Assembly (NCBI GenBank): GCA_016215205.1 | Contig: JACRKU010000024.1 | Span: forward strand, 4,321 to 68,320 | Direction: 5' to 3' | Length of the DNA: 64,000 nt | From: Candidatus Yonathbacteria bacterium | GTDB lineage: Bacteria; Patescibacteriota; Minisyncoccia; Phycocordibacterales; UBA1550 | Shown here: one piece after another, positions 46,131-55,804 of the stretch | Numbering within the stretch: position 1 is the first letter of the stretch | How the letters are laid out: each line of letters begins with the position of its first letter | Program-made: the position numbers and the translations under genes | The notes under the pieces: model-generated | What the model saw: the letters and a program-made list of their open reading frames with translations, nothing else | What the model was told of the DNA's origin: nothing | Database searches by the model: none

Positions 46131-47147
46131 TTATTTAAGAGATTTATTAAGCATATTTCTTCCTAAACTATGCAGTAACGTATCAAACGGCGCATTATGA
46201 AGTGGCGCCATATTAAGAAATATTAACGATGTGAGAATATTTACTTTTTTAACATCAAATTTATTGTCACGCAGAAATTGCTCATAATGCTCTTTTACCT
46301 CTAATAAATCACTTTTAATGAAGAAGTTATAGCATGCATTATCATCACAAATACTGGAGGAGAACATCCCGTCTTTAATTAGCGGGTAAGACAAAATCAT
46401 GCCACCATATAGTTTTGCTAGATCATAATACAAGTCCCCAAAATCAGTGAGTCCGCCAAACTCATGTCGCCAGTCAATTAGTAAAAATTTCTCTTTGTCT
46501 GAATGTGGGTTTCTGGGGATAAGGACATTATCAAATTGTAAATCACCATGAAAATTAGCTGGTACGCCATTTGTTATATAATCCCAATCAATTTTGCTTA
46601 ACAGTTCATCTGTTGTTGGTATCTCTATTCCATTAATAAACCTGCTTTCCTCAGTTGTGCCAATTTTATCATAGAACATTTGCAGTCGCTTTTTTGTCTT
46701 CGTGTAATAGAAGTCATAGCAAGCTTTAGTAAACTTATCCCTATCCTTGTCTGATAAGCTAACCTCTTTCCATAAGTATTTTTTTGCCCACGAAAGGAAA
46801 TCTGTTGCTATTTTGGGATCCAGAACACTATAGACAGTTTGACCATCAACGAGAAGGTACGAGTAAAAATTATTTCTATACCCCTCAACAACTGGCGTCA
46901 ATCCTCGGAGTGCATTGTTTGCGCGATAATTTCTTTTTTCAGCTACTGTTTTATCAGAAAAAAACTTAATCACACGATTATTCACAAAATATAAAAATTC
47001 ATCTTCTTTGCTAAAATTAAATTTTTTCTCCTCACCAGAAAAATTTTTATTTGTTTCATCGTATTTTGAATCAGAACCAGTGTCAAACCATGTAAAACCG
47101 ATAGGTACTAATCTCCTCTCGAGAAGACCCTTAAGCCCATCTGTCAT
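46131..47147 (-). CDS. APH/choline-kinase-fold small-molecule kinase (LicA/AmgK/NahK-like)
   Basis: Start moved to the ATG (MTDGLKG...). Catalytic loop HGDLQFDNVLI and Mg-binding LIDWRHEFGG (the IDW/DFE-type motif) of the APH/ChoK kinase fold. Confidence 0.7.
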   Translation of the reverse strand: MTDGLKGLLERRLVPIGFTWFDTGSDSKYDETNKNFSGEEKKFNFSKEDEFLYFVNNRVIKFFSDKTVAEKRNYRANNALRGLTPVVEGYRNNFYSYLLVDGQTVYSVLDPKIATDFLSWAKKYLWKEVSLSDKDRDKFTKACYDFYYTKTKKRLQMFYDKIGTTEESRFINGIEIPTTDELLSKIDWDYITNGVPANFHGDLQFDNVLIPRNPHSDKEKFLLIDWRHEFGGLTDFGDLYYDLAKLYGGMILSYPLIKDGMFSSSICDDNACYNFFIKSDLLEVKEHYEQFLRDNKFDVKKVNILTSLIFLNMAPLHNAPFDTLLHSLGRNMLNKSLK

Positions 47148-47182
47148 CTGCAATTCATTGTCTCGAAGTTCTCTGTTTTGCT

Positions 47183-47725
47183 CTAGTGCTGAAAAAACTC
47201 TTTGTAGTCGTGAATACCAGCGAGACCAATAAAGGCAAACTTGTTATCTGTTTTAATCTTTGTATCGAGTTGATAGATAAGATTATTTTTCATTTTTATT
47301 GTGCAATAAGCCTCTGTTTCGCGCACGGGGGCAACACCAATCCAGTTCTCTTCTGGTAGTGGGACATCTTCAAGTACCATCGTGTCTGCGGTAGAAAAAA
47401 TAAACGGGCAATCTAAATATTTTTTACATGCAAGAAGCGAGTACCCAGGCCCGCTACCTGGACCTGTATATTTATCAACTTCAACAAAATTAAAAATTCT
47501 GTCTGGGTAGGCGAGTTTTAGGTAATCAATAACAGTATCTTTCTTGTGACCAACTGCTATTACTATCTCTGTATCAACTGGAAATTTCTCAATAATATAC
47601 GAAATAACTGCTTTATTATTTATTGGCAAGATACCCTTATTGATAGACTCGGAAAAATGACCCATTCTAGATCCTACTCCAGCTGTTAAAATACATACCT
47701 TATATTTTTCATCTTTATCTTTCAT
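47183..47725 (-). CDS. LicC/MurU-like nucleotidyltransferase
   Basis: 180 aa; KVCILTAGVGSRMG nucleotide-binding loop. It lies immediately downstream (minus strand) of the AroE-like gene with a 4-nt overlap. Confidence 0.7.
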   Translation of the reverse strand: MKDKDEKYKVCILTAGVGSRMGHFSESINKGILPINNKAVISYIIEKFPVDTEIVIAVGHKKDTVIDYLKLAYPDRIFNFVEVDKYTGPGSGPGYSLLACKKYLDCPFIFSTADTMVLEDVPLPEENWIGVAPVRETEAYCTIKMKNNLIYQLDTKIKTDNKFAFIGLAGIHDYKEFFQH

Positions 47726-48555
47726 ATTTCTTTAAGAATGTCTTTTACATACTTTGTCATCATTTTAAGTGGCGCTTTTTTGCCCGTATACAATGTGAAC
47801 TGTTCAGCCGCTTGATAGACGGCCATTTCATATCCGGAGATTATTATTTTCCCTTCTTTTTTTGCTGTTTTTATAAGCTTAGTATGAATTGGTGACACCA
47901 CAACGTCCATTATAGCATGGTAGTTTTTTAGTTCATCCTTATCAATAATCATATCTTGGACTAATGGAGTCATACCTACTGGTGTTGCATTTATGAGTAT
48001 GTCGGCCTTTATTTGCTTGCGCGCATTACTTGGACAATATTTTATGCCAAATTTTTTTGAAATTATGCGAGCCTTTTTCTCGTCTCTATTTGATAGTGTT
48101 ATTTCCTTACATTGACCCCTTTTAAGAGCTACTATTATTGCCCTTGATGCGCCACCTGCTCCAATGATGTGGGCAGTTTTACCCTTAATTGGATAGTATT
48201 TTTTAAGGGCCGTTTCTACGCCAACGACATCGGTATTATGTCCGGTAAGGACGCCTTTTTTATTCACAATAGTATTTATAGCTCCAATTTCTTTTGCGAC
48301 AGTGGTTACTGCGTCTACATATTTGTGTACGATTGTTTTATGCGGCATTGAGACACCGCAACCACGAATATCTAGCGCGCGTATTCCCAATATTGCCTTA
48401 TTTAAATTATCAGGAGTGACACGAAATGGTTTATAAATAAAATCAAGAGACAGAGACTTGAAAGTTCTATTAAAAATAAGGCTCCCAAAATTTCCAGGAG
48501 CAGACGCAATTGAAATGCAGAATTCCGTATTTTTTGTAATCTTAATATTTTTCAT
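47722..48555 (-). CDS. Shikimate/quinate-dehydrogenase-like NAD(P)-dependent oxidoreductase (AroE family)
   Basis: Start moved to the ATG (MKNIKITKN...). Substrate-domain S..P..F N-terminus, GHNTD catalytic block, GAGGASRAI dinucleotide loop. Confidence 0.7.
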   Translation of the reverse strand: MKNIKITKNTEFCISIASAPGNFGSLIFNRTFKSLSLDFIYKPFRVTPDNLNKAILGIRALDIRGCGVSMPHKTIVHKYVDAVTTVAKEIGAINTIVNKKGVLTGHNTDVVGVETALKKYYPIKGKTAHIIGAGGASRAIIVALKRGQCKEITLSNRDEKKARIISKKFGIKYCPSNARKQIKADILINATPVGMTPLVQDMIIDKDELKNYHAIMDVVVSPIHTKLIKTAKKEGKIIISGYEMAVYQAAEQFTLYTGKKAPLKMMTKYVKDILKEI

Positions 48556-48567
48556 AACAATCAATTA

Positions 48568-49071
48568 CTAGAGAATATTTTTAAGACTACGGGGTACTTC
48601 TAAAAACTTTTCCATTAAATGCAGGCACGCCTCTGCGACCGCTCCTTCTCCAGATTTTGCACTAGTTACAAAATCTGCTTTATTGCGTGCTAAATAAAAA
48701 GCATTCGCAGGCGCAATACTGTATGCTACGTGCTCAAAAATCATCGCATCATAAATACCATCCCCGACATATGCAGATTCACTAAGATCAAAATTTTCTT
48801 GAAGCCACGAGAGCCTTGTGGATTCACTTACTAGATTGAGTTTTAGTCCCATATCAACAGCAACCCTTTTTTCGGTTATTTCAAACCCTCTTTTGTCTGC
48901 AGAAATTGCGCAGACATTTATTAATTTACTTATCAGCTTGACGCCATCATTGTCATGCGGCCCGAAGACTTTTGCGAGTTTACCGTCTTTCGTGTATAGG
49001 AACTGCCCCGTTGTTAACACTCCATCAACATCCAGAATTAGATTCTTTATTACTTTTTGTTTGCCGTTCAT
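48568..49071 (-). CDS. KdsC-family HAD phosphatase (3-deoxy-octulosonate-8-phosphate-phosphatase-like)
   Basis: Start moved to the ATG (MNGKQKVIKNLILDVDGVLTTG). DVDGVLTDG-type motif I, GDGIYD motif III as in KdsC/YrbI. Confidence 0.75.
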   Translation of the reverse strand: MNGKQKVIKNLILDVDGVLTTGQFLYTKDGKLAKVFGPHDNDGVKLISKLINVCAISADKRGFEITEKRVAVDMGLKLNLVSESTRLSWLQENFDLSESAYVGDGIYDAMIFEHVAYSIAPANAFYLARNKADFVTSAKSGEGAVAEACLHLMEKFLEVPRSLKNIL

Positions 49072-49215
49072 AAACGCGATTATAGACCATAAAGCTACGT
49101 TTTGCAATTTGAATTATTGCTCAAAATCTATGCGTAGCTATCTCAAGCCTACAGCAAACACCATATAATCAACAAGGGGAAAAGACATTAAGAAATGGTG
49201 AACTGGTACCTTATT

Positions 49216-50769
49216 TTAAAAACGGTTATTTAAGGTAGCGATGGCTTGCCTTATGAAATTATAAATATCGTGAGAGTCTTCTTTTTCAAAAAAACCAAGG
49301 AGATAGTGGGTGGACATAAATAAAATGCCGGAAATCCCCAAACCAACGATAACCAGCGGGAAACTGCTGATAAGTGGTTTTATAAAAAATACATCTACCA
49401 AAAAAACTATCGTTGATGTTATAAAAAGTTGTCTCATAAGTTTCAAATAATGAGCGCGTCGGAACGTGAGTTCTAAATATGACTTTTCTGTTATGTAAAT
49501 AAGGAATATGTACGGAATGAGCGCCAGAAAATATGCCCAAGCCGCGCCAACGAGACCAAAACGAGGAAGTAGTGTGACCAAAAGAATGGCATTAAGCACT
49601 GCGGTACTCACTGAGGTAATACTCAATGCTTTCAATTTACCCATACCCAAAAGAAAATTATTAAGTGGGTAGGTGATTGCAAGAGCAAGGTTTGTTAGCG
49701 CCAAAATTACAAGTACACTCGTGGCTTTTTCTGCAAGCTCAGGACTAATCCAATACTCCAGCATTTGATAAGCGAATGCTATAAACGAGATGGTAACTGC
49801 CGTAGAAATAATAGTTATTAACCGCATAGACCTCACATAAAGATTTTTTGTCATTTCTCTGTTCCCTCCCCCTTCAAAGTGGGCGGTCATTGGAAAAACA
49901 ACAGTAGAAAGAGTAGTCGATAAAGATGGCACCTTGTTGGTAATGCTTCCCGGGAGAGAATAAAATGTTAAGTTTGACGGCCCAAGAAATAGCGGAATAA
50001 TCATACGGTCTAGATAGGTGAGTGATGACCCCGCAAGATTATTTAAAAATGAAACTATCCCAAATCTGTAACATTTAATGGCTACCAATTTATTCCATCC
50101 ATACATTCTAATATATGAACACTCGTCTGGGTTCAATATCGTCATAGAATATTTCTTGTATACAAAATAAAAGACAAGAGCAAGAAGTGCTTGCAAAAGA
50201 AAAAGAGTATTAATGGACCAACCAAGAAACACAACTGCCAAAATACCCGCTTGTTGAATCGTTATAAAACTAATGCCAATCTTAGAACTTATATCAAAGC
50301 GCTGATACGCTATAGGAATTAATGCATAAAGACCACTGATACTATTTGTAAAAAACAGGACACCTGCATACATGAAAGCAGGAATGTATGCCCGATATGC
50401 GCCAACAGTTTCCCCGGGGAATGATACTAACCCTATAAAAATAGAAGAAATAATAAAGATGGCTCCAGTAAGCCCAATAATGACCAGTATAGTATTAGTG
50501 GTCTTGAATAAATCCTTTATCCCCTCCTTGTCTTGACTACCATGCTTTTCGGCAATAAATTTGCTCAGTGCGACAGAAACCCCCAGATCTAAAAGACCTG
50601 CTAGGCTGACAAGTGTACTAATAAAAATATAAATACCATACTCCTTGACTCCGAAATGGTGAACAATTATTGGTGTAACGAAGATGGCAATAAGCACTGG
50701 CCCCCCAAAAGAAAGCAGGCTGTACGAGATATTTTTGAGGGCGCGTTCTTTTATATTTATGGCGTTCAT
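49216..50769 (-). CDS. wzx: Wzx-type oligosaccharide flippase (MOP superfamily polysaccharide biosynthesis protein)
   Basis: Start at the ATG (MNAINIKERALKN...). About 14 TM helices, typical PST-family length and N-terminal KN..Y........pvl pattern. Confidence 0.8.
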   Translation of the reverse strand: MNAINIKERALKNISYSLLSFGGPVLIAIFVTPIIVHHFGVKEYGIYIFISTLVSLAGLLDLGVSVALSKFIAEKHGSQDKEGIKDLFKTTNTILVIIGLTGAIFIISSIFIGLVSFPGETVGAYRAYIPAFMYAGVLFFTNSISGLYALIPIAYQRFDISSKIGISFITIQQAGILAVVFLGWSINTLFLLQALLALVFYFVYKKYSMTILNPDECSYIRMYGWNKLVAIKCYRFGIVSFLNNLAGSSLTYLDRMIIPLFLGPSNLTFYSLPGSITNKVPSLSTTLSTVVFPMTAHFEGGGNREMTKNLYVRSMRLITIISTAVTISFIAFAYQMLEYWISPELAEKATSVLVILALTNLALAITYPLNNFLLGMGKLKALSITSVSTAVLNAILLVTLLPRFGLVGAAWAYFLALIPYIFLIYITEKSYLELTFRRAHYLKLMRQLFITSTIVFLVDVFFIKPLISSFPLVIVGLGISGILFMSTHYLLGFFEKEDSHDIYNFIRQAIATLNNRF

Positions 50770-50837
50770 TTGCAAGGTTTCTTTATCTTCCCCATTATAG
50801 CTGAAATTAGAGGAAATAGGATATAATATAAGTTCCT

Positions 50838-51611
50838 ATGAAATTTAGCATAATTACCCCAACATACAGACGAAGAGACTTACTTGAGCGCGCAATCAAG
50901 TCGGTGCTTTCTCAAACCTACACTGACTGGGAAATGATTATAGTCAATGATTCTCCAGATGACCCGAAGTATCAAAATCTTGCTTCGTCGATTACCGATC
51001 CACGAATTCGTTACTATGTAAATGACATAAACAGCGGCGTAAACTACTCGCGGAACCGCGCGCTTGATAATCTTTCCAGGGATTCAGCCTGGGTTGTCTT
51101 TTTAGATGATGACGACTATTTTGTTCCAGATGCGCTTGCAGAATTTAATAAACTCATTACAGCTTTTCCTGATAAAAAATGGTTTATGACAAATCGCGCC
51201 TACGCAGACGGAATACTAGAAACAAGGTTTAGAAGACCAGAGACTCAATATTCTTTTATCTGGGAATATTTAATACTCAAACGCGGTAAGGGCGAGATGA
51301 CTCAGTGTATATCCACTAAACTCATAAACGGGATACGATTTTCAAAACGCGTAAAACAAGGTGAAGAGTGGCTATTTTATTATCAAATAGAACTCCATGA
51401 AAAAATGTACTATCATAATCACAACAGCACGCTCACTGACGGATATGATGAAGTTTCTGGGCTCAATTTTCGTAAGCGTTCTCGCTCTGAGCAATTTAAA
51501 ACATTGCTCACTCTTATCAGAGAAGGGAACCAGCTCCATCTTCTGCACCATCCGACATTTCTCATTTACCTCTTTATGCGCCTCGTGAGATTGTGTATTA
51601 AGACTCAATAG
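50838..51611 (+). CDS. Family-2 glycosyltransferase
   Basis: 257 aa; FSIITPTYRR, IIVNDSPDD, LDDDDY (DxD). Confidence 0.8.
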   Translation: MKFSIITPTYRRRDLLERAIKSVLSQTYTDWEMIIVNDSPDDPKYQNLASSITDPRIRYYVNDINSGVNYSRNRALDNLSRDSAWVVFLDDDDYFVPDALAEFNKLITAFPDKKWFMTNRAYADGILETRFRRPETQYSFIWEYLILKRGKGEMTQCISTKLINGIRFSKRVKQGEEWLFYYQIELHEKMYYHNHNSTLTDGYDEVSGLNFRKRSRSEQFKTLLTLIREGNQLHLLHHPTFLIYLFMRLVRLCIKTQ

Positions 51612-51616
51612 TATAT

Positions 51617-51646
51617 AAAAAGCCCGACACGAAGTGTCGGGCTTTT
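51617..51646. terminator. Bidirectional intrinsic terminator
   Basis: aaaagcccgacac-gaa-gtgtcgggctttt between convergent genes. Confidence 0.7.
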
Positions 51647-51662
51647 GTTTGTAACAAAAATA

Positions 51663-52607
51663 TTACTTATAGGCTTTAGATTTGATACACTCCAAAAGCC
51701 CTTGGTCTAAAGTAAACTTTGGATTCCATCCAAGGTTCCTTAATTTTGAATCATCAATGGACTGATCTTTGCTTTCATGAAAAAATGCAAGTTTTTCAAC
51801 TGTTTCAATCTCTCCATCGTAACCCATTAACAAACAAATTTTTCTTACCAAAGCATTTATAGAGATAGCTTCAGGGCCTCCAACACAAAAGATTTCTCCG
51901 TTGTTTGCCTTTTCCTCAATAAGAAGAATTGCATCAATCAGGTCATCAATGAAAACAAATTCCCTAATTGAATCTCTAACGCTGGAATATACCTGCGGTT
52001 TCTCCTTTCTGTTGATTGTCTTGATCGTTGTCGGAATAATCCTGCTTTCATTTGGATCATTCGGGCCATACAAATTTGAACACCGAACAATGTTTATCGG
52101 CAAGCCATAACTGGAAAAATAATTCTGCGCAACGATATCTTGACAGGCCTTGGTACTTTCGTACGTATACTTAGGCTTCAGAAGTGTCTTCTCATCATAA
52201 GGCGCCGAAACATCTCCGTACACTTTAGAAGAAGTTGAGACAATAATTTTTTTAACTGTCTCCATCCCTACTTTGTGCACAGCCTCCAACAAATTGACAG
52301 TACCCATAACATTAACCTCGTACGCATTTATCGGATTATCAAAACATCTCTTGAGGATTGAATCGGACGCAAAATGATAAATAGTATTAATTTCATACTT
52401 ACTTATGATGTCGCATAAAGAAGTGTGGTCGTTGAGGTCTCCTTTCACGAAAACGATACAGGGCTCATAAAGATGACTTGTCGGCTTATCGTGGTGATAC
52501 AATAAAACAATTTTTCTATCTTTATTATCATTAAGCTCAAGCAACCGAGAGGTTAAACCTAAGCCCATGAAACCAGCTGAGCCGGTTATTAATATATTGT
52601 TTTTCAT
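51663..52607 (-). CDS. NAD-dependent epimerase/dehydratase (extended SDR; candidate 4-keto-sugar reductase)
   Basis: 314 aa; ITGSAGFMG Rossmann loop, YTYESTK (YxxxK). Confidence 0.75.
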   Translation of the reverse strand: MKNNILITGSAGFMGLGLTSRLLELNDNKDRKIVLLYHHDKPTSHLYEPCIVFVKGDLNDHTSLCDIISKYEINTIYHFASDSILKRCFDNPINAYEVNVMGTVNLLEAVHKVGMETVKKIIVSTSSKVYGDVSAPYDEKTLLKPKYTYESTKACQDIVAQNYFSSYGLPINIVRCSNLYGPNDPNESRIIPTTIKTINRKEKPQVYSSVRDSIREFVFIDDLIDAILLIEEKANNGEIFCVGGPEAISINALVRKICLLMGYDGEIETVEKLAFFHESKDQSIDDSKLRNLGWNPKFTLDQGLLECIKSKAYK

Positions 52608-52747
52608 TTTGTTTAACCTCGCAGAGTGATAATGATACTGCTATATATGCCCAAATTAGAAAAGTGCTACCCGTTGGCAGTATAGGGGAAATCACCTACT
52701 TTTTCAAGGCTCGCTTTACACTAACAATAAGAGTAAGATATACAAAT

Positions 52748-53473
52748 ATGAAGGGAATTATTTTGGCTGGAGGTGCAGGAAAAAGATTAAGTCCGCTTAC
52801 ACGCATCACGTCTAAGCAACTTTTGCCTATCTATAATCGCCCAATGATTTATTATCCTCTCAATACACTCATTAAGGCAGGCGTAAAAGAAATCCTAATC
52901 ATTATCGCCCCAGAAAAAGCTGGGGAATTTCTGAACTTACTTGGTTCTGGAAAAGAATTCGGTGTAAAATTTACATACGAAATTCAAGATAAGCCTGGAG
53001 GGCTCCCTGAAGCATTCATCATTGGAGAGTCGTTTTTAGACAATGATAATGTGGCTATGATTTTAGGAGATAATATCTTTGAAGAGGATTTTTCTGAGCA
53101 CATTCGTTCTTTCAAAAGTGGAGGGCGCGTATTCGCGGTTGAGGTGGCAGACCCCGAACGCTCTGGTGTCGTTGAATTTGATAAAAAAATGAAAGTCCTT
53201 TCAATTGAGGAAAAGCCAGAACATCCGAAGAGCAATTTTATTATTCCCGGGCTTTTTATATATGATTCTCGGGTTGTTCAATTTGCGAAAGAACTCAGAC
53301 CAAGCAAACGCGGTGAACTCGAAATCACTGATCTGCATAAACGATATCTAGAAATTGGCGAACTTGATGTAAAGAAAATTTCAGGAGAATGGATTGACGC
53401 AGGAACATTTGATTCACTGTTGAAAGCTAATCAACTAGCGAAAGAAAAGCTACACAAGGGTCTTATTATCTAA
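52748..53473 (+). CDS. Glucose-1-phosphate thymidylyltransferase-like nucleotidyltransferase (short form)
   Basis: Start at the ATG giving MKGIILAGGAGKRLSPLTRITSKQLLPIYNRPMIYYPL, nearly the RmlA consensus; about 241 aa (short-form RmlA). Confidence 0.75.
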   Translation: MKGIILAGGAGKRLSPLTRITSKQLLPIYNRPMIYYPLNTLIKAGVKEILIIIAPEKAGEFLNLLGSGKEFGVKFTYEIQDKPGGLPEAFIIGESFLDNDNVAMILGDNIFEEDFSEHIRSFKSGGRVFAVEVADPERSGVVEFDKKMKVLSIEEKPEHPKSNFIIPGLFIYDSRVVQFAKELRPSKRGELEITDLHKRYLEIGELDVKKISGEWIDAGTFDSLLKANQLAKEKLHKGLII

Positions 53474-53483
53474 AAAATAATTC

Positions 53484-54362
53484 CTACCGAACCGTTGCAA
53501 CAAATTCTTTAATGTAATCAATGATCTTCTTCTCTGTGTGCCAGCCAAGCTCGTTCCTTGACCGAGCAAGGTCAATTGAAGCACTCATGCGATTCCCTTT
53601 CCTCTCAGGAAGCATGGTGATCTCGCCACCGAAAGCTTTCGCAATATCAAGAATACTATAGCCATCTTCCGCGCCAAGTCCATAGTCGTCACCATCCCCT
53701 TTTTCTCCGACGAGTATGAGTCCGCGCACAATGTCATCAACATGTGTAAAGTTTCGCACCTGTGTTCCTGGGGCAACTACCGTGAGTGACTCACCTTTCT
53801 TAAACTTTTCTTTAAAAAGCGCTATGAGCGTTGCATACTGTCCTGTAGAAATTTCGCGCGGACCATATACATTATAAAAATAAATGATTGCATACGGGAG
53901 GTCAAACCATTCTCCGTAGTTACGGACTAGCTCTGTATTGCTTGCCTTCGTCCACGCGTAAGGACTCTGATCTCTTCCGAGTCCGCCATCGCCAAACTTG
54001 GTGCTAGAGCCAGCATAAATAATCTTTACTTTATTTTTTCTACAAAACTCCAGCACCGCAAAAGTTCCTTGCTTGTTTGACTCCCACACGATGGGCATGT
54101 CCGCAAAGCTTTGCTCCACGCGGGAATATTCACCGAGATGATACACAAGGTCAGGAATAAAGTTGATGAGCTTCGCAATATCCTTTGTATGCCCTTCAAT
54201 ATACGTTGCGCCTAGAATATGATTTTCCTTTTTACCGGTGAAATAATTATCTAGGGAGTAAACATTGTACCGCCCTGCCTCCACCAAGCGTTCAATAAGA
54301 TTTGACCCAATAAAGCCCGCGCCACCAGTGACGAGAATTGTCTTTTTAGCTGTTTTATCCAT
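53484..54362 (-). CDS. NAD-dependent sugar epimerase/dehydratase (extended SDR)
   Basis: 292 aa; VTGGAGFIGSNL, YAWTK (YxxxK). Confidence 0.75.
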   Translation of the reverse strand: MDKTAKKTILVTGGAGFIGSNLIERLVEAGRYNVYSLDNYFTGKKENHILGATYIEGHTKDIAKLINFIPDLVYHLGEYSRVEQSFADMPIVWESNKQGTFAVLEFCRKNKVKIIYAGSSTKFGDGGLGRDQSPYAWTKASNTELVRNYGEWFDLPYAIIYFYNVYGPREISTGQYATLIALFKEKFKKGESLTVVAPGTQVRNFTHVDDIVRGLILVGEKGDGDDYGLGAEDGYSILDIAKAFGGEITMLPERKGNRMSASIDLARSRNELGWHTEKKIIDYIKEFVATVR

Positions 54363-54409
54363 AATTTCAGCAGTATAACACTGATAGGGAGTGCGGGCAA
54401 AGGTCTATT

Positions 54410-55804
54410 TCAATATGGCTCCTCGTCTTCAGTAATTTCAAAATCTTCGGCAGAAATGGTATTCTTTTCTTCTTTTTCTCTGGTGAGACGAATTCCGAGA
54501 AGCGCAAGAGCGGCAAGAAATGCCGCGCCGATGTACCACGGCCACATACTTCCCTCTTTCGGAACAGTAAAAGGCGTTGTCGTTCCAATTGGCATAAATG
54601 CATCTGCTGCGCTAGCAGTTTGTTTATACGACACAGAAGCGACTTTTTCTTGAAGACGCGCTTGCGCTGCGGGTTTTACTATTGGCGCTTGAATGTTCTT
54701 CTGTACATCTTTCAAAGCTTGCTCGTATAGCAGACCATTTGGATAAAAAATCTTGATAAACGAAAGTGGTGCCCGAAAGCCAGTCGTCTCGGGCGCGAGA
54801 GTTATGACAGAGCCGGCAAGAAGCATTGTGTGTTCCGGAAAAGTAAAACGCCTATAATCGGCTTCAACTATCCACGATGATAGGTCGATATCTCTCGCGC
54901 CGTCGTTTGCAATATCCACCGCAGAAGAAGTAGTGGCGTGCAGGGACGCACGGAGAAATGCCGGCGACACAGCAATTTTTATACGCGTACTTACGGAAGG
55001 TGTGCCGTACCCGGTCGATACATCAAGGGCGACACTGTACGTCCCCGGATAGCGGAACACATGCGATGCGATTTTTCCCGAGCCAGTTTCGCCATCGCCA
55101 AATGTCCACAAGTAGTATGCGCCATCAAGCAGTTTCTTGTTTGAATCAACCGCTTCTCCGGAAAAAAATATAGGCGCTCCGGAAACAGTACTGCCTGATT
55201 GTATTATTATGCGCGCGGTTGCGGGTTCTCCGAAAGCTGCCGCGCCTCCTGTGGCAGATGCAGGGGTTTTTGCCTGTGCTCCTCTAGGCGTTTGGCTTGC
55301 CTCTGATGAAGGCGTATTTGCATTCCCCGGAGTTGGCGCCGCTCCTTGCCACGCGCCGTCAATCTTATGAATGGAATTACCATCGCCTGCGCCGCCCTGG
55401 TCTCCTGTATAAACCGCCGTGTCAGAAACAGAGCCATCAGGCATTTTGAATGAGATGGTCTCACCGGTATTTTTTAATGAAAAAGAACTGTCAAGAACAA
55501 TGCCGGAAAAACCCGCATGGTCGCTTAAAAATGTTTGCGCATTGTCGGCAATAATTGCATACGCACCTGAAAGAAGATTCGTGCTCCCCTGTACAGATAC
55601 CAAACTATGGTTGCTTCCTTCTTCAAAAAATTTCGCCTGAGCAATGTCCACAGACGCGCTTCCTTGATTCACTACCTCCACCCACTCATGTCCGGTATCC
55701 GCCCCTTCCGGGTCGTACATTATTTCCGAAATAAAAACCTGCGCGGAGACGGTCCGCGCGAAAAATAAGACAAGAAACGGAAATAAATACTTCATCTTAT
55801 TCAT
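54410..55804 (-). CDS. Cell-surface protein with lamin-tail domain (LTD) and PKD domain, C-terminal TM anchor
   Basis: 464 aa; signal peptide; VFISEIMYDPEGADTGHEWVEVVN (LTD); YLWTFGDGETGSGKIASHVFRYPGTYSVALDV (PKD); C-terminal hydrophobic helix + acidic tail. TGA stop. Confidence 0.7.
   Translation of the reverse strand: MNKMKYLFPFLVLFFARTVSAQVFISEIMYDPEGADTGHEWVEVVNQGSASVDIAQAKFFEEGSNHSLVSVQGSTNLLSGAYAIIADNAQTFLSDHAGFSGIVLDSSFSLKNTGETISFKMPDGSVSDTAVYTGDQGGAGDGNSIHKIDGAWQGAAPTPGNANTPSSEASQTPRGAQAKTPASATGGAAAFGEPATARIIIQSGSTVSGAPIFFSGEAVDSNKKLLDGAYYLWTFGDGETGSGKIASHVFRYPGTYSVALDVSTGYGTPSVSTRIKIAVSPAFLRASLHATTSSAVDIANDGARDIDLSSWIVEADYRRFTFPEHTMLLAGSVITLAPETTGFRAPLSFIKIFYPNGLLYEQALKDVQKNIQAPIVKPAAQARLQEKVASVSYKQTASAADAFMPIGTTTPFTVPKEGSMWPWYIGAAFLAALALLGIRLTREKEEKNTISAEDFEITEDEEPY

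Noticed and set aside
54367-54603. 78-aa minus-strand ORF overlapping the 3' end of the LTD/PKD gene
   Set aside because: It is fully contained within the 3' end of the 54410-55804 gene in another frame, with no independent support.
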